Below, in pieces: positions 1-14,322 of a stretch of DNA of 64,000 nucleotides. Position 1 is the first letter of the stretch, and each line of letters begins with the position of its first letter. Under the pieces are notes generated by a model. That model was not told where the DNA came from, ran no database searches, and saw nothing but the letters and a program-made list of their open reading frames with translations. The position numbers and the translations under genes were made by a program. The stretch is from Eledone cirrhosa (Eukaryota), in NCBI GenBank assembly GCA_964016885.1, contig OZ024749.1, positions 31,248,001-31,312,000 on the forward strand. Reading direction: 5' to 3'.

Positions 1-3
1 ATA

Positions 4-345
4 TTTGGACAACCTGCGGGATGAAATACAAGGCCCGGCAAAAGGCGGAAGAACTCAGTAGAGCCAACGGCCCTCCAAATAGTGCTTTTTTTTCACCTAG
101 GAGTGAAAGGCCCCCTGTTGTTGTCACAACATCTTTCTAAAAGAGGGTAAATCTGAAAAAACCTACAGCTTCGGAAGCATCCGATGATGTGGACGAGTTC
201 TCCTTCTCGGTTAGTGTTTCAAAGCACAGGCATTGCTGGTTCAGGATATGGTACAGGTTCGTGTAGCTGGCCGTAGCCTAAAGGTGCACCAAACTCTATA
301 ATCTGACAGGCAATTGCAATACTCTTAGCACAGTTTGCAGCCATC
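4..345 (+). mobile_element. Probable 5' UTR fragment of an RTE-type LINE
   Basis: Bases 4-80 align without gaps to the minus strand of 20194-20270. No ORF is present. Assignment to RTE rests on recalled resemblance only. Confidence 0.4.
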
Positions 346-778
346 ATGTATGTTTATATGTTTATATGTTTATATGTATGTATGTTCCTTGATTGTATAC
401 GTTATAATATAAGTTATCTGAAACATATATACATATATACATCCATATCGAGACAAGAATCTCAGATAAACAGTTTACCTTAAATTCTAAAGTTTCCTAA
501 CACCCTAAAGTAATATCGTACTTTACATCAAAATTCTATTACAATCGCTATTAAGCAGCGGTATTTCAGGTAATATAATACGTTAAGCCATTTATTCGGG
601 TTTTTAAAGAAATTAACATATGGAGCAGTTATAAATCGTATTAGTGTTGTACATTAAATAGCAACAGCTATAATATATTAATTATATAATACGTTGTTAA
701 TTACGTGACATTATCTATGTTGTTTTTATTTGATTTTTCTAAAAAAAACATTATATATCTGATAATTATATAGAGAAG

Positions 779-1390
<612 letters not shown>

Positions 1391-2164
1391 GTTTTTCTGC
1401 ATATTCATATAACTGTATGTACCTGTTTCTGATGGAGTGTCAGATTATATATGTAATTGCGAAATGAAAGTGAATATTTCAAAATATATACAAAACAGAA
1501 AACAACATATCTCAACGCTATGAACATATTTCGTGAGATATTTGTAAATGTTATTAAGGCAAACAAAGCCACATTTCTTATTGCAGAACTAATATTAGTG
1601 CCAGTCATTTTATGTTTGTTGTGTCATAATTAAATATAAGCGGGGAATAAGCAGAGGCGGAAGAAAGTCAGGTAGGATGCTCCCCGATATTCGGTGATTT
1701 CAAATTATGGCAGGGGAGTAATATTTGGCTTTCATTCTTTTGAAATCAATAAATATATATATTATGCGTGCATACACATGCTTATATATTTCTTCTCAAC
1801 AAGAAAGACTATACACACTTGCATCAACAACATCTTTAATTTTTAATTTTTAATTCTTTTTAATTCTTTTTTATTTGTAATACTCAACATTTGATAAGAT
1901 CGATTTTACTAATACATCGACACTGGTTATATTTTAAATATTCTATATTCATAATAAAGCACTTTTATTAAAGAATTATCCCTCTCATGTTTTCAATAAT
2001 GTCACTGTGACGAATCAAAGAAAAACAGACCATTAAATATATTTTTCGTGCTATTTCCAATTTCACCTTTTCTCCATAACCAGTTTTGTATAGAACCTGA
2101 CTCCCTTTTCATATATATATATATATATATATGTGGGGGGGGGGTCTGTGTGTATGTGTGTGGG

Positions 2165-2227
<63 letters not shown>

Positions 2228-2232
2228 ATATA

Positions 2233-2402
2233 TAGTAATAATAATAAATGTGAAGACTAAAATTCGAAGAGGCCTCGATAAGGATAATATATATATAAAT
2301 ATACATAAAAAATCGTAGAGCAAATATTTATTAAAATAACACATTAAAGTTTAAGCAAAGAATCGCTGCTTTCACCCTTAACGGGAACTTCTGAAACTCT
2401 GT
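2233..2402 (-). mobile_element. TA-flanked short element, family B, with degenerate hammerhead
   Basis: Homologous to 19680-19740 and 59118-59250. The minus strand of 2346-2400 reads gttt-CAGAAGT-tcccgttaagggt-GAAA-gca..tgc-TT-aaac: type I hammerhead layout with a mutated CUGANGA box. Confidence 0.6.
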
Positions 2403-2427
<25 letters not shown>

Positions 2428-2433
<6 letters not shown>

Positions 2434-2565
2434 AAGAAGGTGTGGTAAGATACCAGGTGGACCATAACGCACCAGATTACTCGATCGATTGTATGCTTAC
2501 GCATGGTGAATTTAGATCTAGCTGTCAAAACGGCCGGAGCTCTTCCGTCGGGGTCCTTACTCTTT
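2428..2565 (-). mobile_element. TA-flanked element family A, diverged copy
   Basis: Shares gtggtaag..ggaccataacgcacca and aaacggc..gagctct..ccgtcggggt with five other copies. Flanked by (TA)n. Confidence 0.7.
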
Positions 2566-3482
2566 ATATATATATAGTTCACAGTTAAAATACATGGAAA
2601 ACTATTATACACTATCTTAGTTTAAAACTTGGGGTATAATGATAACGACGGTTTAACAGTATCGTACGTTAGTCCTTCTTCAGGAATGAATCAAGTTAGA
2701 ATTGAGATATTTGAAGATTGAAAGAGAAAGAAAGAGAAAGGAAGTGTGTGTGGGGGGGGGGGTAACAGAAGGAGTGAGATGAATAGGGAATTATGTTGTG
2801 TCTGGAAAATCTTCTGTAGTTTTGATTCCAGAACAAAATGTATAGTGTCAGCTCGAATGTATTTATGTATAAGTAGTTGGTATATAAGTGATAGTTCATT
2901 GTCCTAACTATATGTGCAAGACATTAAAATTGTTATATCAGTATCAATGTATTTTTGCATTTATATATCGACACGCTCCCTATTTTACGTTCTACAAATT
3001 CCAAGCACAGGGCGTTAGTGAAAGCAAGGCTATAGTAGAAAACACTCTGTCAAAAGGAAACACTTTCCCAAATGTAACACGTAGTGGGATCGAACACAAG
3101 ATAACATGATTGAAAAGAAAAGCTCTTTAGCCGAAGATACCTTCTTCCACCTAACTTACATGATATGGTTACTAACTGAAATGAATTAATAGACGCAAGT
3201 AGACAAAACATTACATCGAACTGGAGAAGCAAGTATCTCATATGCTTGTACAGTTTCTCTGATTGGAAGAGGTGTATTTTTGCTCTGTAACGTTTGTCAT
3301 CAAATTTATTCTTATTGGAAAGAAACGTAAGTTGACAAATCTCGCACATTTTGGTAGTGAAGAGATGTAATGGCAGCCGAGGATGAAATTAAATATATGT
3401 TGCGTCGAACGAGAAGAATGTATTGTCTCTTTGGGATATATCACTTTGTCTGTTGATATATGGACATGGACGACACACACTG

Positions 3483-3707
<225 letters not shown>

Positions 3708-3757
3708 AACATATATGTATATATATATATATATATATAGAAATAATACTATATTAA

Positions 3758-3839
<82 letters not shown>

Positions 3840-3856
3840 ATATATATATATATATG

Positions 3857-3907
<51 letters not shown>

Positions 3908-3999
3908 GTAGATAGATATATACATATATATATATATATACATACATATATATATATATACATATATATAGATACATATATACATATATATATACATAT

Positions 4000-4037
<38 letters not shown>

Positions 4038-4252
4038 TCACACATGCGCGCACACACATGCATATTCATATACACGTACATATGTACAAACATGATTATA
4101 TTTATGTACAATATATATGTCTACAGATACATAGGTTGCACTCCTAAACTTCATTAGTTTTTTCCAATTACTCACCATCGTTGGTTATTCATTGTATTCT
4201 ATGGATGAGTCTTGACTTTCTCTCATTCCCTTTCCCCCTCTCTTACTTCCTC

Positions 4253-4501
<249 letters not shown>

Positions 4502-4529
4502 GTATATATATATATATATGTGTGTGTAT

Positions 4530-4724
4530 AATGGAGGAGGTGTGGTAAGGATGCAGATGGACCATAACGCACCAGATTATTCAATACTTAGAGCAGTAAA
4601 GTGGGTAATAGGAAAATGTTTAACCCCGACGGCAGAGCTCAAGCCGTTTCGACGGCTATTTCTGAGTCCAGAATAAGCCGTCGAAACGGCTTGAGCTCTG
4701 CCGTCGGGGTTAAACATTTTCCTA
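4530..4724 (-). mobile_element. TA-flanked fold-back element family A (3' half of a hammerhead)
   Basis: Inverted repeat 4609-4724 plus ~80 bp unique tail. Contains GAAA-cggc-ttgagctct-gccg-TC-gggg. Confidence 0.85.
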
Positions 4725-5206
4725 TATATATATATCCTTCCCTCTCTTTCACTGAGGTATTCAATCCAGAGAATGAGAGAGAGAAAAAATCTTTGTTGCG
4801 TTGATTACCATTTTTTTTCATTTCTGTCATCCTCCTCTCTCTCTCTTTCTCTCTCTTTCTCTCTCTTTTTCTCTCTCTTTCTCTATCATTCACTCTCTCT
4901 ATTTCTCACTCTCTCTCTCTCCCCCTCACTCTCCCTCACATACTCCATGGCTCTTTCTCAATCATTCTCCCTCACTCCTCACACCGCTCTTTCCCTCGCT
5001 CTCTCTCACTCACTCCCTCTCTCTCTTTCTCACTAACTCCCTCTCTCTCTCTCTTTCCCCTCTCCTTCCCTGGAATATTCAATCCACACAACAAGTAACA
5101 ATTACTGTGTTGATTACCCTTTTTCTTTTTTTACATCTTCATTCTATGTTTTGTATTCCTAATCTCTTCCTTCCAATGTCACTATCAATATATATACATA
5201 CATAGA

Positions 5207-5422
5207 CAGTCGATCGACTTTTGTCAAATCGGACCGATGAAACGATGTTTCCATTGGTCTTTCTAATTGCTAATACTCTCTATCGGTCGCAACTCCAAGT
5301 AGAAGGAGCAACGTGAAATAAAGTGTCTTGCCCAAGGACATAACGCATCGCCTGGTCCGGGAATCGAACTCACAACCTCACGATTGCGAATCCAATTCTC
5401 ACCACTCGGCCACGCGCCTCCA
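5207..5422 (-). mobile_element. tRNA-derived SINE, family 2
   Basis: Reverse complement of 63494-63708. Box A tggccgagtgg and box B gagttcgattcc on the minus strand. Confidence 0.85.
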
Positions 5423-5603
5423 CATACATATATATATATACATATATATATGTGTGTGTGTCTGTTTTATCTTTATGTTTATATATTTATATATATCCAT
5501 TTGTTCCCATTCTTCTATTCTCCTGTTTTCTGTTGAATGTTTCTTTATATTTTGGACTAATTAGCGCTTCTTCAGTGAATGTTTCAATTATATAGATGTA
5601 TAT

Positions 5604-5793
5604 AATTGTTTCTACTTTTGGCACAAGGCCAGCAATTATCCCAGTGTATTACTTGTGCTTTATTTTATCGACCCCGTAAGGATGAAAGGCAAAGTTAACT
5701 TCGGCGGGATTTGAACTCAGACCATAAAGGGCCGTAACTCTTTGCTGCAAAACATGGTGTCCGACCCTCTATCGATACTGCCAATTCACCGCC
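5604..5793 (-). mobile_element. tRNA-derived SINE, family 1
   Basis: Box A tggcagtatcga, box B gagttcaaatcc, core gcctttcatccttacggggtcgataaaataaag. At least 8 copies in the window. Confidence 0.9.
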
Positions 5794-5811
5794 ACATAGA
5801 TGTATATAATA

Positions 5812-5881
<70 letters not shown>

Positions 5882-5885
5882 TATA

Positions 5886-6200
5886 CAGAGGTTATATTTA
5901 ATTTGTTGGGATTCAACAAGCTTAAAAATATTATAACTGATATAAAGCACTCAACAATGTAGTTGAGTAAATATTCAATATATTAAGAAATGGAAACTAT
6001 ATTTATAAAACCATAATTATTTTATTATATATATTTCAAGGGCAACCAAGGCAAATTATGGTGCGCTTTCATCAGATAAAATACAGATTTGTTTTATAAA
6101 TAAATATTGACATACCCGGAAAAAAGACAACCTTAACTGTTGAAATTCGCTGGATAATTGCTGACCTTGTAGAAACAATTATTATAAATGGTAGTCTAGT
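5886..6200 (-). mobile_element. TA-flanked hammerhead-bearing element family C (Penelope pLTR-like)
   Basis: Homologous to 61485-61705 and more distantly to 21795-22198. The right-hand boundary is uncertain. Confidence 0.65.
6018..6083 (-). ncRNA. Minimal type I hammerhead ribozyme
   Basis: Minus strand: tattttat-CTGATGA-aagcgcacc..ggttgccctt-GAAA-T-atat-A-TA-ataaaata. Perfect 8-bp stem I and 1-bp stem III with a palindromic loop. Confidence 0.8.
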
Positions 6201-6661
6201 GCTCTAATGAAATCGATTTCCATTTTGGCTCCATATTTCTTGTATATTTCCATTGTTTTATCCAACTATAACGATCTCTTCGTTTTTACTCAATTTCCAA
6301 TTTGTACTTTCACATACAGTAATATATATATGTTTCAATTACCTCCTTTTGCATGCCTCTAATTATTTTAATGGGGCCTTTTCTCTTGTGTTTAATACTT
6401 ATTGAAATATAGCAAACTTCTCCCATGTCTGCTAATTAAGTATATTGTGTCAATATGCGTTTTGCAGATGTCGAATTGGCAGAGTTGATAAAGAATCTGA
6501 TATAATGTTTCCCTGGTTGCGTTTCCAACATTTGTGACGTAGGTTCAAATAACTGCGAGGTGGAAATTGTCTTTCATTTCTTTTTTTTTTAATATTTGAA
6601 TATGTAAAGTACCAGTCTTGTACTGGTATCGATTCTTCATTGGTATCTCATTATACTACGG

Positions 6662-6875
6662 TGGGCGGTGGATTGGCAGTATCGGTAGACGGTCGGACGC
6701 CATGTTTTGCAGCATAGAGTTACGGCCCTTTATAATCTGAGTTCAAATCCCGTCGAGGTTAACTTTGCCTTTCATCCTTACGGGATCGATAAAATAAAGT
6801 ACCAGTTACGCACTGGGGTCGTTTTAATCGACTTTCTCCTCCCCGAAAATTGATGGCCTTGTGCCTACATAAGAA
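6662..6875 (+). mobile_element. tRNA-derived SINE, family 1
   Basis: Same A/B boxes and core as 5604-5793. Confidence 0.9.
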
Positions 6876-7065
6876 ACTCAGAAACCATCTTGCTACCTCT
6901 CTTTCTAACTCTCTTTCTAACTCTCTCTCTCTCTCTTTCTCTGGAGAAGAAGAGAGACAGAGAAAGAGAGAGAGAAAATAAAGGAATGAACAATAGAGAG
7001 ATGAAAGTGTAGGGGTGAGCTGCTTAATTCGTGGATAGACAGATAGGTAGATAGATAAATATATA

Positions 7066-7286
7066 TAATTGTTTCTATTTTTTGGTACAAGGCCAATGAT
7101 TTTGGGGGAGGGGAAAGTCATTTAAATAGACCCCAGTGCGTGACTGGTACTTTATTTTATCGACCCTGTTAGGATGAAAGGCTAAGTTAATCTCGACGGT
7201 ATTTGAACTCAGATCATAATGGTCCGTGAGTCTCTGCTGTGAAGCATGGCGTCCGACCCTCTACCGATACTGACAATCCACCACCC
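7066..7286 (-). mobile_element. tRNA-derived SINE, family 1
   Basis: Reverse-complement copy, inverted relative to 6662-6875. Confidence 0.88.
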
Positions 7287-7330
7287 TAGATAGATAGATA
7301 TATAATAGATATCTTTTTTTATAGATAGAT

Positions 7331-7425
7331 ATCTTTATTTGCCACAAGGGCGTACAAAAAGGGGACATTACAAGACGTGACGGCGGGGGTTTTACATAAA
7401 AATCATATAACTTTAATATTAACAA
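7331..7425 (-). mobile_element. Tx1-like LINE 3' stub in (GATA)n
   Basis: tctttatttgccacaagggc..aaaaaggggaca resembles the 3' termini at 7740, 11660, 12189 and 14323. Confidence 0.65.
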
Positions 7426-7585
7426 CAATAGATAAGCAGATAGATAAATATATATATAGAGAGAGATATATAGTTAGATATATAGATGTATAGATAGATA
7501 TACAGATAGAAACATTGATAGATAGATGCATAGATAGGTAGATAGGTAGATAGATAGATATACAGATAGAAACATAAATAGATAT

Positions 7586-7690
7586 GTTTCTTTATTAGCC
7601 ACAGGGGCACAAAAGAAGGGGAAAAATACAAAGGGGGAAGTTTACATACAATAAAAACGTGTAAAATACTATCACAAATGCAATTTAAAC
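7586..7690 (-). mobile_element. Tx1-like LINE 3' stub in (GATA)n
   Basis: ttctttattagccacaggggcacaaaagaagggga..tacaaagggggaagtttaca matches the 3' UTR ends of the longer copies. Confidence 0.75.
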
Positions 7691-7739
7691 ATAGATAGAT
7701 AGCTGCATAGATAGATAGATGTATAGATATATAGATATG

Positions 7740-10700
7740 TTTCTTTTATTTGCCACTAGGGCATCAAAAGTGGGACAAGTACAAAGGGGGGAGTTTACAC
7801 AAAAAGGCGTCCTCAATAAGGAGGAGGTAATAACAAAATATAAAAATAAAATAAGATATAACGAAAAATAAAATTGATAGCAAAATCCTCAATAGAGAGG
7901 AGGCGCCTTGGGGGGTCGCACACACCCCCGAAAAAAGTGTGCAACCCTTCTCCTCAGGAGCACAGAGAACGGGTGCTCCCTTGGTCTTTCATCTTCCTCA
8001 CCTATAGTCTGATGTAGAGTGAAGGCCCATTCACACAGGCCATTCTCGCCACTTTCACCCATCTTTCATAGAAACGGCTGGGGTGCAGCACCTCTCTCTC
8101 CATCCTGATCCTTCTTCCAAAATGATATCGGAAGAAACGGACCAGTTGTTGGCCAGAGAGAAAGGTGCCTGACCTCAGTCCTTTCAGACGCGTCCACCAT
8201 ACAACCTCTTTCGCCATGGCTATTACGCACAGAAACACCGCCTCTGCTTCATCTTTGAAGCGGGGAGGCGGCTTGATCATTACAATAGACTCGGTGGTCA
8301 ACCGGATCGGTCCCACCCTTGACAGCAGTTGTTCGACATAGCCCCACAGATCGGCTACGCCCGAGCAGTGTACCAATGCGTGTGCAAGGGTTTCCTCGTC
8401 GCACACGCATCTGGGACAGATCTTTTTGGCGGGGTCCCTACCCGGGCGCCCGTGTCTGTAGAGCCTTTCTCGAACCGGTAAAGCCCCTCGGTAGCACTGC
8501 CAGGCCAGGGACTTCTGGAAGTTGTCCATAGGTCCCGGGCTGAATGTCCTACCGAACAGGCTGGCCAGTTCGTCCTCCTCCATGTCTAGGGCTTCTCCGA
8601 GGGCGTCGTCGCACCTGCTGCGTACCAGCCCTCTATAGAATGTTGCGGTGGAGTCTCCACTGATAACCGGATCCGCCTGCCAGAGGGCGGTGAGCTCCTG
8701 GGTACACTCAGTGTGCCAGGCGCCCAGTTTTCTTGGTCTTTGCTTGACCCAGGATTGCAGCTCGGTGAGTGAGACGAGTCTGGGAAAGGTTCGTCTCACA
8801 AACGAGGCCCACACCGGTTGTCCGGTGAGGAATACGTAGAGGTGCCGTAGCCTTAATGCGTGTTTACGCATCATTAGCCACGGCATCCCCAGCCCTCCTT
8901 TCGAAGGGTGTGGACAGCAGATGGATCTCCTCACCATAGGAGCCCGCCTCTTCCAAAGGAATTGGAAGAGCGCGCGCTCCATCTTGGTGAGGGTTTCCCT
9001 TGGGCAGGGCACTACGGTCAGGCGGTAGTAGATGACGGACGCTATGTAGGTGTTCGCCACCTCCGCCCGACCTTTCAGGGATAGTTTGCAACTGGCCCAC
9101 TTCTGGGTCAGTGCAAACACCCTGTTCGTAACCTCCGCCCAGTTTTTCTCCACCTGGAGGTCCGGTCCGAACCAGACCCCGAGCAACTTCACCGGGCCCT
9201 CCGTCCAGCGTCCGACGACGCCATCGGAGGGCATCGGTCTGCCCCTCCACGTGCCGAGTTGCAAACCGATCGACTTGTCCCGGTTCAGCTTAGCCCCTGT
9301 GAACTTTTCGTACTCCTCCAGTAAGGTGCCGACCGCCTCGATTTCGGAGGCCGTCGACACCATTACTGTCACGTCATCGGCGTAGGCCGACACCGCTTTC
9401 CGCAATCCCGGTTCCAAAGGGATGCCCTGCAACAACTCCAACTTCCGCAGTAGTGGCTCGAGAGTCAACACATACAGAAGGGAGGAGAGAGGGCACCCTT
9501 GTCGGATGGACCGCGCGATTTTGAACGGCTCCGAGAGGTAGCCGTTCACCTTGACCCTAGAGCAGATGCGGCTGCTGTGCATAGCAGTGATCCAGCCCCT
9601 GAAAACGGGTCCGAAGCCTGCCGCCGCTAGCACCGCATCCAGGTAACCATGGTCGACCCTATCGAACGCCTTAGATTGATCCAAGTTGATCAGAGCCCCA
9701 CCAAAGCCGGGTTCGTTCCCAACCCTCTCTATGATGTATCGCATGAGGTGGAGGTTGTCATGGATGGATCTGGACGGGATAGCGCATGTCTGCGCATCTC
9801 CCACCAGGTTGCCCACGACAAGCGCCAACCTCTTTGCTAGCACCTTGGCCAAAATCTGTAACTCTGTATTTAGCAGAGTTATGGGCCTGAAGTTACGTAT
9901 TTCGTCCCCCTTGTTCTCGTCCTTCCTCACTAGCGTGACTACGCCCTTGGTCATGTACAGGGAATTCTCCCGTTCTGTTGCCAGTTGCAGTAGACCGCCT
10001 CGAGGAGATCGGGGAACAAGTCCGGCATAGCTAGATATAATTCGTAAGGAAGACCATCGAGACCCGGGGATTTGCGTTTGCCGCATTGGCTCAGCACGTC
10101 CTCTATCTCAGCGGCCGAAATCGGCTCCTCGCAGGACTTCGCCTCCCTGTCCGAGAGGCGCGGCAGGCCGTCGAGGTATGGACCGAAGTCCACGTTCCCA
10201 ACCGGCTCCCCGCCCCTCCCGAACAGTCGGGCAAAGTGCCTTTGAAAGGCCTCACACATCTGCCTAGGCTCAAGAATCGCCCGTCCATCCAGGTCTCGCA
10301 AAGACCGGATGGTGGATTTAGTTCCACTGTTGGCCTCTGTCACGTGGGCCCAGCTAACAGCTTTGGTCCCCTCGTTCCCTAGAGTACGTATTTTACTTCG
10401 GACAACGCAGCCTTCGTGCTTCGCGTCGAAAAACTGGCTCAAAGCCGTTCTCGACGCTAGCACTCTGGCCACGTCGCCGCTTCTAATTGCCTCTTCTACT
10501 CTATCTATTAGCTCCCTTTCCTTCCTATTCCTATCCGCAGCTAGAACCTTACTAAATTCTATCGAGACTACTCTAATCTCTCTCTTTAGAGATACCCACC
10601 ACCTGCTGTTGACGATCGCTCCAGTCAACCGTTCCTTAACTAACGTACTAATCCGATTCCTGTAGGCTCTACTTGCCGGCAAGGACAAGTTGAGCTTCCA

Positions 10701-11578
10701 GTAACCGGGGCCCTGTCTATGAGTTCTGTCAAGGTTGACCATGCAGGTCACTAATTTGTGGTCTGAATAGCCAACCATGCGCATTTTTGGACAACTTAAA
10801 AAGTCCTTATCCTTAATTCTAACTAAGAACCTATCTAGGTACGACCTAGATGATCCGCTACGATTTGCCCAAGTCCAGGTTGGCGCAGTCGGAAAATCTA
10901 GTCGATATCTATCGGCCAGGTCAAATCGACCGATTAACCCTTTGAGGCTATTACACCCCTCTCTATTGGGACAGGCCCCTACGTAGTCCCAGCGTGCATC
11001 TAGGATACCATTCCAGTCCCCCACTAATAGCAAGGAGCGGGACGTCCCTAGAAAAGTCTCCAGACGATGGAAGAAGTCCGGCCGCATTGACCCGAAGGGG
11101 CCGTAGGCGGCTACCTAGCTAAACGCTCCGCCTTTACCACTGCCAAGGTCCAGAACCACTAGTCGACCCTCCGGGTCCAAATGTACCATCTGTGTTGCGA
11201 GACCCAGATGTTTTTGCAGCAGAACGACAACTCCACCCCCACCTCCGGGATGACAGAGAGATGCGTGCATCTCAAAGTCATCAAAGGTGGGGGCCAGCTG
11301 TCGCACGTTGCTGATCCGGGCCTCGCAAATAACCATCACATCTATACGTTGTGACCTGAGGTCATTTAGAAGCATTGCTTGCTTCCAAGTTGAGCCCAGG
11401 CCACGCGCATTTAAACAGCCTACTCTTAGCATAGCCATGTTGGTGGTGAAGAGAAAAGGCACTTACCTCTCTGCGTCCCGGGTATCGGGCTGCACAATTT
11501 CCATTAGGGTGGGGGATGGGTTGTTGGGTGGGGTGGTGGTTTGTGGAAGTGTGGGGGCATCAGTGTTTTGTGTGGTTG
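7740..11578 (-). mobile_element. Tx1/L1-clade non-LTR retrotransposon, copy A (5'-truncated in the ORF1 tail)
   Basis: Full ORF2 region plus ~260 bp 3' UTR. (GATA)n on both sides. Confidence 0.93.
8002..11438 (-). pseudogene. ORF2: APE endonuclease + reverse transcriptase + C-terminal zinc knuckle, frameshifted
   Basis: Motifs LNARGL, GDWN, YLDRF, SDHK, SPGLDG, FRPITLLN, KAFDRV, QGCPLS, YADD and CPRC..ETLAHALVHC. Split over three ORFs with frameshifts near 11110 and 9955. Confidence 0.93.
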
Positions 11579-11587
11579 TATAGATAT

Positions 11588-11659
<72 letters not shown>

Positions 11660-11660
<1 letters not shown>

Positions 11661-12168
11661 TTTCTTTTTATTTGCCACCAGGGCATCAAAAGTGGGACAA
11701 GTACAATGGAGGGAGTTTACATAACAAGGCGTCCTCAATAAGGAGGAGGCAATAACAAAGTATAAAAATAAAATACAATATAACAAAATAAATTTTATAA
11801 CAAAATCCTCCATAGGGAGGAGGCGCCTTGGGGGTCGCACACACCCCCGAAAAAAAGTGTGCAACCCTTCTCCTCAGGAGCACAGAGAGGGGGTGCTCCC
11901 TTGATCTTTCCTCTTCCTCACCTATAGTCTGATGTAGAGTGAAGGCCCATTCACACAGGCCATTCTCGCCACTTTCACCCATCTTTCATAAAATCGGCTG
12001 GGGTGCAGCACCTCTCTCTCCATCCTGATCCTTCTTCCGAAATGATATCGGAAGAAACGGACCAGTTGTTGGCCAGAGAGAAAGGTGTCTGACCTCAGTC
12101 CTTTCAGACGCGTCCACCATACAACCTCTTTCGCCATGGCTATTACGCACAGAAACACCGCCTCTCCT
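11660..12168 (-). mobile_element. Tx1-like LINE copy B, ~0.5 kb 3' fragment of the copy A subfamily
   Basis: ORF 11922-12158 is nearly identical to the C-terminus of copy A, and the 3' UTR is similar. Confidence 0.92.
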
Positions 12169-12188
12169 TAGATAGTTAGATAGATAGA

Positions 12189-14297
12189 TTTCTTTATTTA
12201 CCATAAAGGCATAAAAAGAAGGGACAAATACAAAGGGGGAGTTTACATATAATCGAGTAAAAAGGGTGTAACATGAAAATAATCGAAAATAACCTCAAAA
12301 GGGAGGGGACGTGATGGGGGTTGCACACACCCCCGAAAAAGTGTGCAATCCTTTGCCCGGGGAGCACATGGAGAAGGTGCTCCCCTCTCCTTTACTTCTT
12401 TACCTACAGGATGGTATACAGAGAAGGCCCATTTACACGAGCCATTCTCGCCACTATCACCCACCTTTCATAAAACTGCCTGTGGCCAAGCACCTCTCTC
12501 TCCATTCTTATCCTTCTTCCGAAGTGATATCGGAAGAAGTAGACCAGACTATGGCCAGAGAGGAAGTTGCCTGACCTCAGACCTTTCAATCGTGTCCACC
12601 AAACAACCTCTTTCAACATGGCTATTACGCACAGAAAAACCGCCTTTGCTTCCTTTGTGAAGAGGGGAGGCGGTTTGATTGTCATCACGGACTCGGCGGT
12701 CAATTTAATCGGCGCCACCCGCGACAGCAGTTGTTCGGCGTAGCCCCACAGATCAGCCACGCCAGGACATTGCACCAATGCGTGCGCCACGGTTTCTTCG
12801 TGACGCACGCATCTAGGGCAAATCTTTTTTGAGGGATCCCTGCCCGGGCGCCCGTGTCTGTAGAGCCTCTCTCGAACGGGTAGAGCCCCTCGGTAGCACT
12901 GCCAGGCCAGTGACTTCTGGAAGTTGTCCATTGGTCCTGGGCCGAAAGTCCTACCGAACAGGCTGGCCAGTTCGTCTTCTTCCATGTCCAGCGACTCTCC
13001 AAGGGTGTCATCGCTCCTGCTAGCCACCAGCCCTCTATAGAATGATGAGGTGGATTCTCCACCGATGGCCCGGCCCGCTTGCCAGAGAGCCCTGAGCGCC
13101 TGAGCACACTCAGTGTGCCAGTCTCCCAGTTTTCCGGATCTTTGCTTGACCCAGGACTGTAGCTCGGTGAGTGAGACGAGTCTCGGAAAGGCTCGTTTCA
13201 CGAACGGAGCCCACACCGGTTGACCAGTGAGGAATACCTGTAGGTGCCGTAGCCTTAATGCGTGCCTACGCATCATCAACCACGGCATCCCCAGCCCTCC
13301 TTTCGAAGGTTGTTGGCAGCAGATGGATCTTCTCACCATAGGAGGACGCTTCTTCCAAAGAAATTGGAAGAGCATGCGTTCCATGGTGGTGAGTGTTTCC
13401 TTAGGGCAAGGCACGACAGTCAGGCGGTAGTAAGTGACGGACGCTATGTAAATGTTCGCCACCTCCGCCCGGCCTTTTAGGGACAGCTTACACTTGGCCC
13501 ATTTCTGGGTTAGTGCAAACACCTTGTTCGTAACCTCGTTCCAGTTCTTTTCCACCTGGAGGTCCGGTCCAAACCAGACCCCAAGCAACTTTACCGGGCC
13601 CTCCGTCCAGTGTCCGACGACACCGTCAGGAGGCATCGGTTTGCCTCTCCACGTTCCGAGTTGCAGCCCGATGGATTTTTCCCGGTTCAGTTTCGCTCCT
13701 GACAACCTTTCGTACTCCTCCAGTAAGGTACCGATCGCCTCGATCTCCGAGTCGGTTGATACCATTACTGTTACGTCATCGGCGTAGGCCGACACCGCTT
13801 TGCTCAATCCTGGTTCCAGGGGGATACCCTGCAACAACTCCAACTTCCTCAGTAAAGGCTCGAGAGTCAATACGTACAGAAGGGAGGAGAGAGGGCACCC
13901 CTGTCGAATGGATCGTGTGATTTCGAACGGCTTCGAAAGATAGCCGTTCACCTTGATCCTAGAACAGATGTGGTTGCTATGTAGGGCAGTGATCCAGCCT
14001 CTGAAAACAGGACCGAACCCAGCCGCCGCTAGCACCGCATCCAGGTAACCATGGTCGACCCTATCGAAGGCCTTAGACTGATCCAAGTTGATCAGGGCCC
14101 CACCGAAGCCGGGTTTGTTGCCAACCCTCTCTATGATGTATCGCATGAGGTGGAGGTTATCGTGAATGGAGCTGGATGGGATAGCACATGTCTGCGCATC
14201 TCCAACCAGGCCACCCACGACAAGCGCCAACCTCTTTGCTAACACCTTGGCCAAAATCTTTAACTCTGTGTTTAGCAGGGTTATGGGCCGAAAATTC
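12189..14297 (-). mobile_element. Tx1-like LINE copy C, 2.1 kb 3' fragment, second subfamily, open RT frame 12404-14297
   Basis: QGCPLS, YADD and zinc knuckle. The 3' UTR differs from copy A. Confidence 0.93.
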
Positions 14298-14322
14298 TTA
14301 GATAGTTAGATAGATAGATAGA

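Noticed and set aside
2575-2910. Possible Penelope GIY-YIG C-terminus plus hammerhead on the minus strand (CTGAAGA near 2680)
   Set aside because: No GAAA box or closing stem I, and the peptide resemblance is too weak.
3130-3450. Possible ancient RTE LINE remnant
   Set aside because: Only faint motif hints with multiple stops.
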